From Roseibacillus sp. (GTDB lineage: Bacteria; Verrucomicrobiota; Verrucomicrobiia; Verrucomicrobiales; Akkermansiaceae), in the NCBI GenBank assembly GCA_965242925.1, contig CBDEUM010000034.1:96001-160000 (forward strand): a stretch of DNA of 64,000 nt, in the 5' to 3' direction. A model generated the notes under the pieces. The model was not told where the DNA came from. It made no database searches and worked only from the letters and a program-made list of their open reading frames with translations. Positions 52,463 to 63,344 of the stretch are shown one piece after another. The number at the start of each line of letters is the position of its first letter. Position 1 is the first letter of the stretch. The translations under genes and the position numbers were made by a program.

Positions 52463-53146
52463 ATGTCTTCTCCAACCCCTTCATTTGACGCCATTGCCAT
52501 CGATGGCCCGGCCGCTTCCGGCAAGAGCACGGTGGCGAAGGTGCTGGCCGAACGACTGGACCTTGTCATGGTAAACTCCGGAGAGATGTACCGGGCCGTA
52601 ACGCTGGCCGTCGTGCAGCAGGGAGTGGATCTGGGCAACCCGGTCGCCGTGGGAAATCATCTGAAGGAAATCAATTTGTGCTGCGTCGTCGAAAACGGCG
52701 GCTCCCAGATTCTGCTGGACGGGGAGTATCCCGGTAGCGCCCTTCGGTCCGACGATGTGAATGCGGCCGTCTCGGCGGTAGCAGCTGTGCCTGAAGTGCG
52801 TCATCTTCTGGTCGCTCTTCAGCGTGAACTCCTGCAGCACGGTGATCTCGTGATGGAAGGTCGCGACATCGGATCGGTCGTCTTCCCCGACACTCCCTAT
52901 AAAATCTACATTGAAGCCTCCGAGGAGGTCCGGCGGGAGCGCCGGGCTGCCGAGGGACAAATGGATTCCGTTAGCGACCGGGACCGCCAGGACAGCGCCC
53001 GAGAGACATCTCCTCTCGTTGTGCCGGACGGGGCCGAGGTAATTGACAGTTCTCAAATGGCAATTGAAGAAGTGGTGGAGGCGGCTCTGGAAGTCCTGGG
53101 TGCCCGGGGTTGGTTCAATCGCGAGTCAGAGAGGAACCGCCCATGA
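52463..53146 (+). CDS. cmk: Cytidylate kinase
   Basis: IAIDGPAASGKST, MYRAVT, EGRDIGSVVFP, RDRQD. Confidence 0.95.
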   Translation: MSSPTPSFDAIAIDGPAASGKSTVAKVLAERLDLVMVNSGEMYRAVTLAVVQQGVDLGNPVAVGNHLKEINLCCVVENGGSQILLDGEYPGSALRSDDVNAAVSAVAAVPEVRHLLVALQRELLQHGDLVMEGRDIGSVVFPDTPYKIYIEASEEVRRERRAAEGQMDSVSDRDRQDSARETSPLVVPDGAEVIDSSQMAIEEVVEAALEVLGARGWFNRESERNRP

Positions 53147-53754
53147 GGACGCTTTACTGGATTACCAGGGCCTTGGCCCGTACGGCCTTTGCCTCGTCCG
53201 GAGGGGATATCGAAATCATCAATCGCGGCAAACGCATCCACGAGGGCGGCGCTATCGTCGCGGCTAATCATACGAGCTACCTCGATCCCCCCATCGTGGC
53301 ATGTGCCTATAATTCCCCGATTTCCTTTCTGGCCAGAAAATCCCTCTTTCGGAGTTTCGGGGCATGGCTCTATCCGCGGCTCAATACCGTTCCCATCGAC
53401 CGCGAGCATGCTGATCTCCAGAGCATAAAAATCATCCTGCGGAAACTGAAGAACGGCGAACGTCTCCTGATGTTCCCGGAGGGGACGCGCAGCGCAGATG
53501 GCAGGTTGCAGGAGGCCAAGGCAGGCATCGGCATGCTGGTGGCCAAGAGCGGCGTTCCGGTTCAGCCGGTGCGCATTTTCGGTGCCCATGAATCATGGCC
53601 CAAAGGGGGGAAATTCCGCCCTCATCGCATTCAGGTGGTCATTGGCGATCCCGTTGCTTTTGACCCCGGGGATCTCAAGGAGAAATCGCGGGAGGCCTAC
53701 CAGCGAATTGCTGACCAGTTGATGGGGGCTATTGCGGAATTGAAAGTGGAGTAA
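53143..53754 (+). CDS. plsC: 1-acyl-sn-glycerol-3-phosphate acyltransferase
   Basis: NHTSYLD and FPEGTRS motifs. Confidence 0.9.
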   Translation: MRTLYWITRALARTAFASSGGDIEIINRGKRIHEGGAIVAANHTSYLDPPIVACAYNSPISFLARKSLFRSFGAWLYPRLNTVPIDREHADLQSIKIILRKLKNGERLLMFPEGTRSADGRLQEAKAGIGMLVAKSGVPVQPVRIFGAHESWPKGGKFRPHRIQVVIGDPVAFDPGDLKEKSREAYQRIADQLMGAIAELKVE

Positions 53755-53788
53755 TCAGGCTCGATCGACACGGTGGGCAGTGCCGGAA

Positions 53789-55225
53789 TTACTCCTCGTC
53801 CCGGATTATCTCCCAGGCCCGGCCCACGCGCAGGATTACGTCCTCCGCAAGATGAGGGCCAAGAATCTGCAGTCCGACGGGCAATGCGCTGCCTTCCCGT
53901 TCCACCGTGCCACAAGGCACGCTAAGCCCGCAAATCCCGGCCAGGTTTGCGCTGATGGTGTAGATATCGGCGAGGTAATCCTGGAGGGGGTTATCGGCGA
54001 ACTCACCGATTCTGCGGGGCAGGGTAGGGCTTACCGGGCCAACCAGGGCGTCCACCCGCTGGAAAGCCTGCTGATATTCCTGCTGAATAAGAGTGCGGGC
54101 CTTCTGAGCGCGGAGATAGTATTTCCCACTGTAGCCGGAGCTGAGAACATAGGTGCCAAGTATAATGCGTCTCTTCACCTCCGGACCGAAGCCTCTGGCC
54201 CGACTGCCGCGGTACATCGCGATAACGCCTTCGCCGTTATCGACACGATTGCCGTAGCGCACGCCATCATAGCGGCTGAGATTTGATGAGGCCTCGGCCG
54301 GGGCCAGGATATAGTAGGTTGCAACCGCGAATGAGGTCGACGGCAGCGAGATATCAACCAACTCCGCGCCCTCTGCTTCAAATTTGCCAAGGGCTTCCTC
54401 GATCCGGGCGCGCACGGCCGGATCAAGGCCCTCGTCGGCAAAATATTCCCGGGGCACACCCAGTTTCATTCCCGACACACCCCGCTGGAGTCCAGCGGTG
54501 TAGTCGGGCACTTCCGCATCAAGGCAGGTTGAATCCCGTTTATCTCCACCCGCGATGACTCGAAGAAGGAGTGCGGAATCCTCCACCGTCCTGGTAAGGG
54601 GCCCGATCTGGTCAAGAGAGGATGCAAAGGCCACCAGTCCGTAGCGGGAGACACGCCCATAGGATGGCTTCAATCCCACCACGCCACAGTGACTGGCGGG
54701 CTGCCTAATGGAACCCCCGGTATCCGATCCAAGCGCGGCGACAGCCATGTCCGCAGCCACCACCGCTGCGGAGCCACCAGAAGACCCGCCGGGAATCCGG
54801 TCGTGAGCATGGGGGTTTCTGGTCTGCTGGAGGGCCGAGTTCTCAGTCGACGATCCCATCGCGAACTCATCGAGATTGGTCCGCCCATAGAGAACCGCAC
54901 CCGCCTCCTTGAGCCGGGCCGATACAGTTGCATCGTAAGGCGAGAGATAACCACCTTCCAGGAACCGGGAGGCGCAGCTGCATGGATGGTCCTCCACGTT
55001 GATATTGTCCTTCAGGGCAATGGGAATCCCCCCGAGCGGCCTGGCCAGGTCGACCGCCTCGGCATCAACGAGAGCCTTCTCGAAGTCGGAACTGAGGTAA
55101 CCGCCGATCGTCTCATTCTGTGCAGAGATGGCAGTCCCCACAGACTCCACGATCTCGCGAGGGGTCGTCTCTCCCGCAAGGAGCATGCGCCGGAGGTTGG
55201 CAATGCTGGTAGTGGCCAGGTTCAC
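53789..55225 (-). CDS. gatA: Asp/Glu-tRNA amidotransferase subunit A
   Basis: NLDEFAMGSSTE, GGSSGGSA, SDTGGSIRQPA, EVKRRIILG. Confidence 0.96.
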   Translation of the reverse strand: MNLATTSIANLRRMLLAGETTPREIVESVGTAISAQNETIGGYLSSDFEKALVDAEAVDLARPLGGIPIALKDNINVEDHPCSCASRFLEGGYLSPYDATVSARLKEAGAVLYGRTNLDEFAMGSSTENSALQQTRNPHAHDRIPGGSSGGSAAVVAADMAVAALGSDTGGSIRQPASHCGVVGLKPSYGRVSRYGLVAFASSLDQIGPLTRTVEDSALLLRVIAGGDKRDSTCLDAEVPDYTAGLQRGVSGMKLGVPREYFADEGLDPAVRARIEEALGKFEAEGAELVDISLPSTSFAVATYYILAPAEASSNLSRYDGVRYGNRVDNGEGVIAMYRGSRARGFGPEVKRRIILGTYVLSSGYSGKYYLRAQKARTLIQQEYQQAFQRVDALVGPVSPTLPRRIGEFADNPLQDYLADIYTISANLAGICGLSVPCGTVEREGSALPVGLQILGPHLAEDVILRVGRAWEIIRDEE

Positions 55226-55236
55226 GACATGAAGGA

Positions 55237-55542
55237 CTAGGAATCCACCACCTTGGGGACTCGCACCTGATCCAGGGCTGTGTCCGGTGCATTACGCAGG
55301 AACTGCTCACGGGTGAGGCTCTTGTCGGTCTCATCCTCTCGGAAGCAATCAAGGATCGGAGCCGGGTGCGCCGTTGGCTCCACACCTTCCACTTCAAGCG
55401 ACGAGAGGGTGTCGACAAAAGCCAGAATCTCACTCAGTTGTTTCTGGAACTGAGCAGTTTCCTCCTCGGTCAGATCCAGTCGGGCCAGTCCGGCTACATA
55501 GCCGACATCAATTTCCGGAGCCGCACTTTGCCTTTCGCTCAC
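55237..55542 (-). CDS. gatC: Asp/Glu-tRNA amidotransferase subunit C
   Basis: YVAGLARL...VEPTAH...RED...NAP...VPKV; lies directly upstream of gatA; probable GTG start. Confidence 0.92.
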   Translation of the reverse strand: MSERQSAAPEIDVGYVAGLARLDLTEEETAQFQKQLSEILAFVDTLSSLEVEGVEPTAHPAPILDCFREDETDKSLTREQFLRNAPDTALDQVRVPKVVDS

Positions 55543-55635
55543 GCGCGGATGTTCGGGAGAAAGCTCAAGGTTTAAAGTATAAAGTTCACCGTTTATGGAA
55601 CCAGGAACTGGAAATCCAGGCATGAACGGATCACT

Positions 55636-55965
55636 TCACACTGCTTGCAGAACGGAATAGATCCAGAAGGAGAGCATCAGAATGGCCGTGACGAGCAGGA
55701 TAAAGAGGAAAGCGCTCTTGGTCTGGTAACGATGCTCATTGCGGATCTCTCCACGACTGAGCCGGGAGTAGAATTTGTGTTCTCGGCGGCGGTCTTCCAA
55801 GTCATCAGGCGGGGGCATGGTAGTGATTTCCTCCTCCATTTCACGCCGGATACGCTCAGGCGCCCCTTCAATGAAATCCTCAAGCTCACTGATGCGGGAG
55901 ATCAGTCGTTCTTCGCGCGAACTGAGGGGACAGTTAACCTTCGGCTTGTTCCGGAAGAATCCCAT
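55636..55965 (-). CDS. Small hypothetical protein with a C-terminal TM helix
   Basis: Charged helical region followed by one TM segment; TAATG overlap with the upstream gene. Confidence 0.7.
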   Translation of the reverse strand: MGFFRNKPKVNCPLSSREERLISRISELEDFIEGAPERIRREMEEEITTMPPPDDLEDRRREHKFYSRLSRGEIRNEHRYQTKSAFLFILLVTAILMLSFWIYSVLQAV

Positions 55966-56594
55966 TATTTATACAGGAGAATGACAAGAGCCACGGTACC
56001 CAGCACGAGCAGGGGAAGGTTGTAGGCCAAGCCAGATCGGAAATTGGCCCCAAACCCACTTCCCGCTCCACTTCCCAACTTGGTCCCGGAGGCGGGGTTG
56101 CCGAAGATTCCACGGGTTCGCCCACCGGCAAAATGAGTCACCGCACTCTCGAACTCCTCTTCAGCCTGTTCCAGCATGCAGAGGGCCCGACTCAGCTCGG
56201 TAGTGAAAGACTCTCGTTGCCAGCCTTCGGGTTCCACTTTCTCGATGCGGATCAGGTGGGCAGCGAAGGACTGCCTGGTCTGCTCAAGATCCTCGAGTTC
56301 CTGGCGCAGCTCGAAGAGTTCGCGATCGATCGTCGTCACTGATCCGGAAAGTCGTTCGGTGAGCTCTATCTGACCGTCGAGGAATTCCTCTTTGCGCTGG
56401 TTCAGCTCATCCATCTCGCACTTCTGGCGCTCCAGCTGTTCCCGTTGGTGCTGAAGCACTTCCAACTGTTGTTGCGCGTCCCGCAACTGCCCCTCAAAGT
56501 CTTCGTTCTCTGCCCGGGTGCGGGAGTCAGCATCCAGATTCATCTGAGTCTCCTTGAGCCTGAGGTGATGTGTGTGTTCGGTTCCAGCAGTCAT
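55965..56594 (-). CDS. Coiled-coil protein with a C-terminal TM anchor
   Basis: Glu/Gln/Leu heptads and a hydrophobic C-terminus; start uncertain. Confidence 0.72.
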   Translation of the reverse strand: MTAGTEHTHHLRLKETQMNLDADSRTRAENEDFEGQLRDAQQQLEVLQHQREQLERQKCEMDELNQRKEEFLDGQIELTERLSGSVTTIDRELFELRQELEDLEQTRQSFAAHLIRIEKVEPEGWQRESFTTELSRALCMLEQAEEEFESAVTHFAGGRTRGIFGNPASGTKLGSGAGSGFGANFRSGLAYNLPLLVLGTVALVILLYK

Positions 56595-56930
56595 GGCAAT
56601 CTCCCAAGTGGATTTTGAAAAGGTTAGGGACGGCATCGGAGAATACCCGTAGGCCGTATTTTTAGCTAGTAGATATTTTAGATTTGTTAATAAAACAGGC
56701 GACAGTTCCCGCGGTTGCGGCATTTTTCCCGCCTAGGCGCAAAAATCGTGGCCGGGATCACGTGCCAACGCTCCGCTGGGTGCGGTTCAATCCTTTTCAC
56801 GGCATTCGCCTTATTGCGGCCGGTGATTATGGTCTTGTGACCGGGCCACAAGTGGGACTCCCGGGACGGTGGAGTGATCGATCAGAAAAGAAGCAGTCCG
56901 AAGTTGGAGGCCGTTTACAGGAACAAATGG

Positions 56931-58046
<1,116 letters not shown>

Positions 58047-58132
58047 TTAGCGTGTCTCCGGGGGGAGGGAAATGGAATTCGCCCGGGATTTTGTAGTCGA
58101 GTTTCGAAGATCATGCGACAGGCTCCCTCCGA

Positions 58133-59110
58133 GTGCACGTTCTCATCGACTTTCTCTGGCTCCTCCTTGGTCTGATGCTCCTCTTCCTTGGAGGTGAATG
58201 GCTGGTAAGGGGAGCAAGGGAGATTTCCCTCAAGATGGGCATAGCGCCCCTCGTGGTGGGCCTGACCGTGGTGGCCTTCGGGACGAGCGCCCCCGAACTT
58301 CTTGTGAGCCTGCAGGCCAACCTGAAGGATCCGCCCAAGGGGGACATGGCGCTTGGGAACGTGGTCGGATCCAACATCTGCAACCTTGCCCTCATTCTCG
58401 GCGTGGGTGCGGTAATTCGACCCATTTTTGTGCAGGGGCAGGTCTTGAAGCGGGAAATGCCCCTCCTGCTGATCATCTCCGCCATCTTCGTGTGGTTGCT
58501 TCACGATGGCACAATTGGCCGAGGGGAAGGCCTGGTGCTTTTTGCGGGAGTAATCACTTACACCTTGATCAGCCTGCGGCAATCTCGGCGGGCGTCTCGA
58601 AACCTTGATCGCGCTGCCCTCCCGAACGACCAGGCTGAAACCTTCCAGTCGAAGAGTGAGGGAAGGATGCTTTATGACGTCGGGTTCATCCTGCTGGGGA
58701 TGGGAGCACTGGTCTACGGAGCAGATCGCCTGGTGTCGGGCGGCAGCAGCATCGCCCGGAATTTTGGCGTTTCCGAGGCTACCATAGCGTTGACCGTGGT
58801 GGCGTTCGGAACCTCTCTCCCGGAACTCGCCACCTCGATAGTGGCCTCCCTGCGAAGGCAGGGAGACATCATTATCGGCAATGCGGTGGGGTCCTGCATC
58901 TTCAACATCCTTTGCGTGGTTGGCTTGACCGCTACCGTTTCTCCCCTGACGAGCACGCCTGAGCTGAAGGACTTGGATCTCTGGGTCATGCTGACGCTCA
59001 CTGTCACGCTCTTTCCCTTGCTCTGGAGGCGGCGAACGCTTGGGCGGGGGGAGGGGGGGCTCCTGCTCGCCGTGTATGCGAGTTACGTGTGCTATCTGGT
59101 CCTGCGCTGA
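58133..59110 (+). CDS. Ca2+/Na+ antiporter (YrbG/CaCA family)
   Basis: Two alpha repeats: GTSAPE...GNVVGSN and GTSLPE...GNAVGS. Confidence 0.93.
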   Translation: MHVLIDFLWLLLGLMLLFLGGEWLVRGAREISLKMGIAPLVVGLTVVAFGTSAPELLVSLQANLKDPPKGDMALGNVVGSNICNLALILGVGAVIRPIFVQGQVLKREMPLLLIISAIFVWLLHDGTIGRGEGLVLFAGVITYTLISLRQSRRASRNLDRAALPNDQAETFQSKSEGRMLYDVGFILLGMGALVYGADRLVSGGSSIARNFGVSEATIALTVVAFGTSLPELATSIVASLRRQGDIIIGNAVGSCIFNILCVVGLTATVSPLTSTPELKDLDLWVMLTLTVTLFPLLWRRRTLGRGEGGLLLAVYASYVCYLVLR

Positions 59111-60019
59111 TCAATTCTGGGGCAGGGGGACAGGTTTTCCTTCCTGCTGTTGAGGCAGATCGTGTCCCTCCTTCTCCCGACATGATGAAGCCACTTCGGC
59201 AAACGGCCCGTCCTGTTCCTCCCTCCGTGTCGCACGGATGGAACTGAGCATCCGGCGGGTGGTGTCGAGGAACCATGACGCGTCCCTGTCGGTGAACTCG
59301 TCGCAACTGTGGACGGCGCGATTGCGCGCGATACGAAGTTCGTGGAAGATTCCCACGCAGTTTTCCGGAATGATGCCAGCACGCGCCGCGAGGGGAATGA
59401 GTTGATTGGCGCGGTTACTGCCGACATGAACGTTGTCGTCCAGGAGGGCTCGCTGCAAAGCGCTTTCAATGCACCGGTAGGCCTCCAGAGCCACCAGATC
59501 ATGATGCCCGGCCCCCATAAGTTCCTCCGCGCGTTGAAAGTGTGCCTTGGACTGGTAAGTAATCCGGTCCACATTGTCCGCCCGGTCCCTGCGATTCATG
59601 TGGGCAGATGCCAGTTTGGCAATAAGAAGGCCTGCTCCGGCGGCAAGGGAGGCGATAGCCAGCTTGGAGATCTCGCCTGCGAGAGGAGAACTCGAAATCC
59701 AGACCACGCCTTCGGCCACCTTGATGGAGAGCGCCACGATAGCGAAAACCGGTGGAAAAAGCAGGGCGGTAGCGTAAAAGAAGTTTCCCGCGCGATGCGC
59801 GAGACCGAAGGGATTGTCGGAGATAAAGTCGATCGCGTAAAAGTAGATCACGCAACCCAGCAGACCGAGCATGAGGAAGTAAATCATCCGGAACTGCAGG
59901 ACGGTGCCGAAGAAGGAGAAACCAGCGTCACCGAAGTCCCTTACCACCGAATGGATAGCAAAGAGAACGGCTACCAGGGCGAGGGCGAAGACAATCTTGG
60001 CTTTGGCAAAATCACTCAC
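59111..60019 (-). CDS. Four-TM membrane protein with a C-terminal HEPN/DUF4145-like domain
   Basis: Four hydrophobic segments, then a helical domain with AYRCIESAL and an RNRAVH (Rx4H) motif. Confidence 0.65.
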   Translation of the reverse strand: MSDFAKAKIVFALALVAVLFAIHSVVRDFGDAGFSFFGTVLQFRMIYFLMLGLLGCVIYFYAIDFISDNPFGLAHRAGNFFYATALLFPPVFAIVALSIKVAEGVVWISSSPLAGEISKLAIASLAAGAGLLIAKLASAHMNRRDRADNVDRITYQSKAHFQRAEELMGAGHHDLVALEAYRCIESALQRALLDDNVHVGSNRANQLIPLAARAGIIPENCVGIFHELRIARNRAVHSCDEFTDRDASWFLDTTRRMLSSIRATRREEQDGPFAEVASSCREKEGHDLPQQQEGKPVPLPQN

Positions 60020-60131
60020 AGGAAGGGTGAACCAGTTCGTGGGGATCGAACAATAAGCTGATCCTGATCGTTTGGAAAGGTAAATTACCTCCCTTCGGGA
60101 GGCGTCGGGAAGGTGACCTGCCCCTGCGGGG

Positions 60132-61301
60132 TCACATCAGTAACGAACCGAGTTCCTGCCCTTCCGGATAAAGGAACTCCTTTCCCTCGTAATTACGGAG
60201 GAGAGTATTTCTGTCATCGCTACGGACCACATAGTCCGGATTGAGGGGGATCTTCCCGCCTCCCCCGGGAGCATCGATCACGAACTGGGGGATGGCATAT
60301 CCGGTGGTATGGCCGCGCAAACCCTCAATGATCTCGAGACCGGTTTGGATCGGGGTGCGGAGATGGGCCGATCCTTTGATGAGATCACACTGGTACAGGT
60401 AGTAGGGTTTCACCCGGCACAGAAGGAGCTTGTGAACCAGCGCCCTTTGAACCTCCACACTGTCGTTCACTCCCCTGAGGAGAACAGATTGATTTCCCAG
60501 CGGAATTCCCGCGTCGGCCAGACGCTCGAGGCCCTCCCGGACCTCAGTCGTCAACTCGCGCGGATGATTACAATGGATCGAAAGGAAGAGGGGATGATAC
60601 CGGCTCAGGATTTTGCAGAGTTCCGGAGTGATTCGCTGGGGAAGAAAAACCGGCAAGCGGCTTCCAATTCGCAGAAACTGGATATGCTCGATCCTGCGCA
60701 ACCGGGACAGTATGCGCTCAAGTCTGGCGTCGGAGAGGAGCAGGGGATCTCCTCCGGAGAGAAGGACATCACGGACCTCCGGGGTGTTTTCCAGATACTC
60801 GAAGGCAGCCTCCCACTGAGTTTCCAGATGTTGCTCGCCCACCCCCGAGACCACCCTCGAGCGGGTGCAGTAACGACAGTAGGAAGCACAACGGTCGGTG
60901 ACCAGAAAGAGGACTCGATCCGGATAGCGGTGAACCAGTCCTGGAACGGGCATGTGGCTGTCCTCCCCACAGGGATCAGTCATCTCGTGCGGGTCCGTAA
61001 AGGTTTCCTCGACCCGGGGGATAATCTGCCGGCGGACGGGGCAACCGGGGTTGTCTGCCTCTATCAGGTTGAAATAATGGGGGGTGACCGCTGAGGCCAG
61101 TTTCGTTCCGGTGAGCAGGATCCCCGAACGTTCCTCCTCGCTGAGCCTCAGGTGCTCCTCAATCCGGTCCAGGCTCTGCACCCGGTTCTTGAGCTGCCAG
61201 CGATAGTCCGCCCACTGGGCAGGAGAGACATCCCGTCCAGACCAGTATCCCGGCGCCGCAGAACTGAATCTGACTTCGGTGTCGTAATCAAAGGAGGCCA
61301 T
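60132..61301 (-). CDS. kamA: KamA family radical SAM protein (lysine 2,3-aminomutase-like)
   Basis: HRYPDR, CASYCRYC, SGGDPL, NQSVLL, PYYLYQCD, PGGGGK (PLP lysine). Confidence 0.9.
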   Translation of the reverse strand: MASFDYDTEVRFSSAAPGYWSGRDVSPAQWADYRWQLKNRVQSLDRIEEHLRLSEEERSGILLTGTKLASAVTPHYFNLIEADNPGCPVRRQIIPRVEETFTDPHEMTDPCGEDSHMPVPGLVHRYPDRVLFLVTDRCASYCRYCTRSRVVSGVGEQHLETQWEAAFEYLENTPEVRDVLLSGGDPLLLSDARLERILSRLRRIEHIQFLRIGSRLPVFLPQRITPELCKILSRYHPLFLSIHCNHPRELTTEVREGLERLADAGIPLGNQSVLLRGVNDSVEVQRALVHKLLLCRVKPYYLYQCDLIKGSAHLRTPIQTGLEIIEGLRGHTTGYAIPQFVIDAPGGGGKIPLNPDYVVRSDDRNTLLRNYEGKEFLYPEGQELGSLLM

Positions 61302-61312
61302 CAGAGGGGCCG

Positions 61313-61375
61313 AATTTACGGAAGAAAAGTGTCTTGTCAAAAGTCGGTTGACAAAAAAACGGAGAACTTTACATT
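61313..61375. promoter_or_regulatory. Back-to-back divergent sigma70-type promoters
   Basis: Plus strand: TTGACA(61348)-N16-TACATT. Minus strand: TTGACA(61340)-N16-TAAATT. Confidence 0.6.
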
Positions 61376-61413
61376 TAAGGCGTCTTAACTATAGGAGGAT
61401 AGAGTCTTAACAC

Positions 61414-62163
61414 ATGTTTTCACAAGCACTGCGTGATATTGCACGCCCAACATACGCCGAAATTCTTGCAACGCTGAAACGATCGGACGGAATGGCCGTC
61501 TCCGAATTGGCGAAAGAGCTCAAAATGAGCTATATGGGGGTTAAACAACACTGCGTCAACCTCGAGAAGAAGGGTTACCTCAAGACTTGGCGGGTTCCTC
61601 GCACCCAGGTGGGACGTCCAGAAAAACTGTATCGGCTGACGGATGCCTGCGACGACCTTTTCCCCCAAGCCGGCGCGTCGCTGACTCTTCAGCTTCTGCA
61701 GGGAGTAAAACAGCTCTACGGTGAATCCGCACCGGAGAAGATGCTGTTCCACCACTTTGAGGACCAGCGCCAGCGTTGGAGTGAGATGATGAGGGGTTCC
61801 TCTTCCCTCGCTGAGAAGGCAACCAAGCTCGCCGAATTGCGGGATTCGGAAGGCTGTTTCAGCAAGTGCACCTACGAAGCAAGGGATGGACTTCGGTTAG
61901 AGGAGTATCATCATCCGATGGCCGCAATCTATGAAACCTATCCCAGCGCGATCCGCATGGAAGTGCAGATGATGGAGCAACTCCTGGGAACGCGCCTGAC
62001 CCGCAAGACGGTTGATGCAGGCAAGGGCCGCGAACTGATCGTTTATGAAATTTCCTCGCTCGGTTCCCCAGCAGAGCGAGGCGTCTTCAATGGTGTCCAA
62101 ACCGATGCCAACCCTCGCACGGGCGCGAATCCCGGCAAAGTGCCCACGTTTCTTGAGATGTAG
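61414..62163 (+). CDS. SufR-like winged-helix transcriptional regulator
   Basis: HTH (ELAKELKMSYMGVKQH), GRPEKLYRLT, FPQ; AGGAGG upstream. Confidence 0.85.
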   Translation: MFSQALRDIARPTYAEILATLKRSDGMAVSELAKELKMSYMGVKQHCVNLEKKGYLKTWRVPRTQVGRPEKLYRLTDACDDLFPQAGASLTLQLLQGVKQLYGESAPEKMLFHHFEDQRQRWSEMMRGSSSLAEKATKLAELRDSEGCFSKCTYEARDGLRLEEYHHPMAAIYETYPSAIRMEVQMMEQLLGTRLTRKTVDAGKGRELIVYEISSLGSPAERGVFNGVQTDANPRTGANPGKVPTFLEM

Positions 62164-62188
62164 GGAGCTGGCGCCCTCCAGATTCATC

Positions 62189-62220
62189 AAACCCCGGACA
62201 ATTCCCGTCCGGGGTTTTTT
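62189..62220 (+). terminator. Rho-independent terminator
   Basis: aaaccccggac-N7-gtccggggttt ending in a T6 tract, just after the regulator stop codon. Confidence 0.8.
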
Positions 62221-62318
62221 CTGAGCGGACTCCAGCACCCTCCGGTCATGCCTGCGATCCCTGACGGATTACAGGATGCGCCCAATGCCAGGGAAGACCT
62301 CGCAATGGCGGAAGATTG

Positions 62319-63224
62319 TTAGCCGAGAGGGGAAGGATATTCCCCTGCGGTGACCAGTTCACTGATGGTTTTCATCACCGCGGGTTTGTCCTCGCGATGA
62401 GTCACACCGAACCATGATCCCCCGGAGGAGAGAACCCGGCAGGAAGCCTCTCCGCTCTTGAGGAGAAGATCTGCCACTGTCGGAATATGGCACTCTCCAC
62501 TGGCTGGATCGTCGCAGGTTTCCAGGAAGGTTTGAAGATTCGCTTCGAGTTGAGTGAAGAAAACCGGGGTGAATCCCCAGAAGTTCATCGAGACCAGAAC
62601 GTTCTCTGCGAGTTCCCGCTCCGATCCGTCCGCCGCAGATCCCAGCAACCGACCGTCCTCCCGACGCGTGATTTTTATGATTTCCTCCACATCTTTCAGG
62701 AGCCCGTCCGCATGGGAGGTCACCCCCCGATTCACTCCGCCATGCTCCGAAAGGGTGTTCTTCAAATGGTATCCCACCAGGCAATAACAACTGGAATCAG
62801 GCTCCGTCTCGGCGAGGAAGGCAGCTCCCCGGGCGTAGGCGTCCCGACCGTAGAAATCGTCAGCATTAATGGCGACGAAGGGATCGCTCACTTCATGGCG
62901 GGCCGAATAAACGGCGTGCGCGGTGCCCCACGGCTTTGTTCGCGCCTCGGGAGGAGCTAAACCCGCCGGAAGGTCGTCGAGGCGTTGGAAGGCATAGGCC
63001 ACCTCGATCCGATCCTTGAAACGGGCCCCGACGCTCGCCTCGAAGGCCTCCGCGAATTCTTCCCGAATCACAAAGACCACCCTCTTAAACCCGCAGCGAA
63101 TGGCATCGTAAAGCGAGTAGTCCAGGATGGTCTCTCCGTGGGGGCCCATGGGGTCAATCTGTTTCAGCCCGCCATAACGGCTCCCCAGGCCGGCAGCGAG
63201 AACAAGCAAGGTAGGTTTGTGCAT
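62319..63224 (-). CDS. Sugar-phosphate nucleotidyltransferase family protein
   Basis: LAAGLGSRYGGLKQ, KPWGTAHA, INADDFYG, SMNFWGF. Confidence 0.9.
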   Translation of the reverse strand: MHKPTLLVLAAGLGSRYGGLKQIDPMGPHGETILDYSLYDAIRCGFKRVVFVIREEFAEAFEASVGARFKDRIEVAYAFQRLDDLPAGLAPPEARTKPWGTAHAVYSARHEVSDPFVAINADDFYGRDAYARGAAFLAETEPDSSCYCLVGYHLKNTLSEHGGVNRGVTSHADGLLKDVEEIIKITRREDGRLLGSAADGSERELAENVLVSMNFWGFTPVFFTQLEANLQTFLETCDDPASGECHIPTVADLLLKSGEASCRVLSSGGSWFGVTHREDKPAVMKTISELVTAGEYPSPLG

Positions 63225-63344
63225 ACGGAATCCGGGGCGGTTTTAGGGGGATGGAGAGGGGGCATGCAACGGGAATTTGCAGGAGTCCTGTTGCCCCGGG
63301 GAAAACACGTTGCGAATCCGCTCCCACGCCCCTTAGAGTGCGGC

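Noticed and set aside
53789..55542. gatCA without an adjacent gatB
   Set aside because: Separated gatB is common, so the absence within the window is uninformative.
56770..56800. T-loop-like ggttcaatcc
   Set aside because: The loop is one base short, and there is no acceptor stem or anticodon arm.
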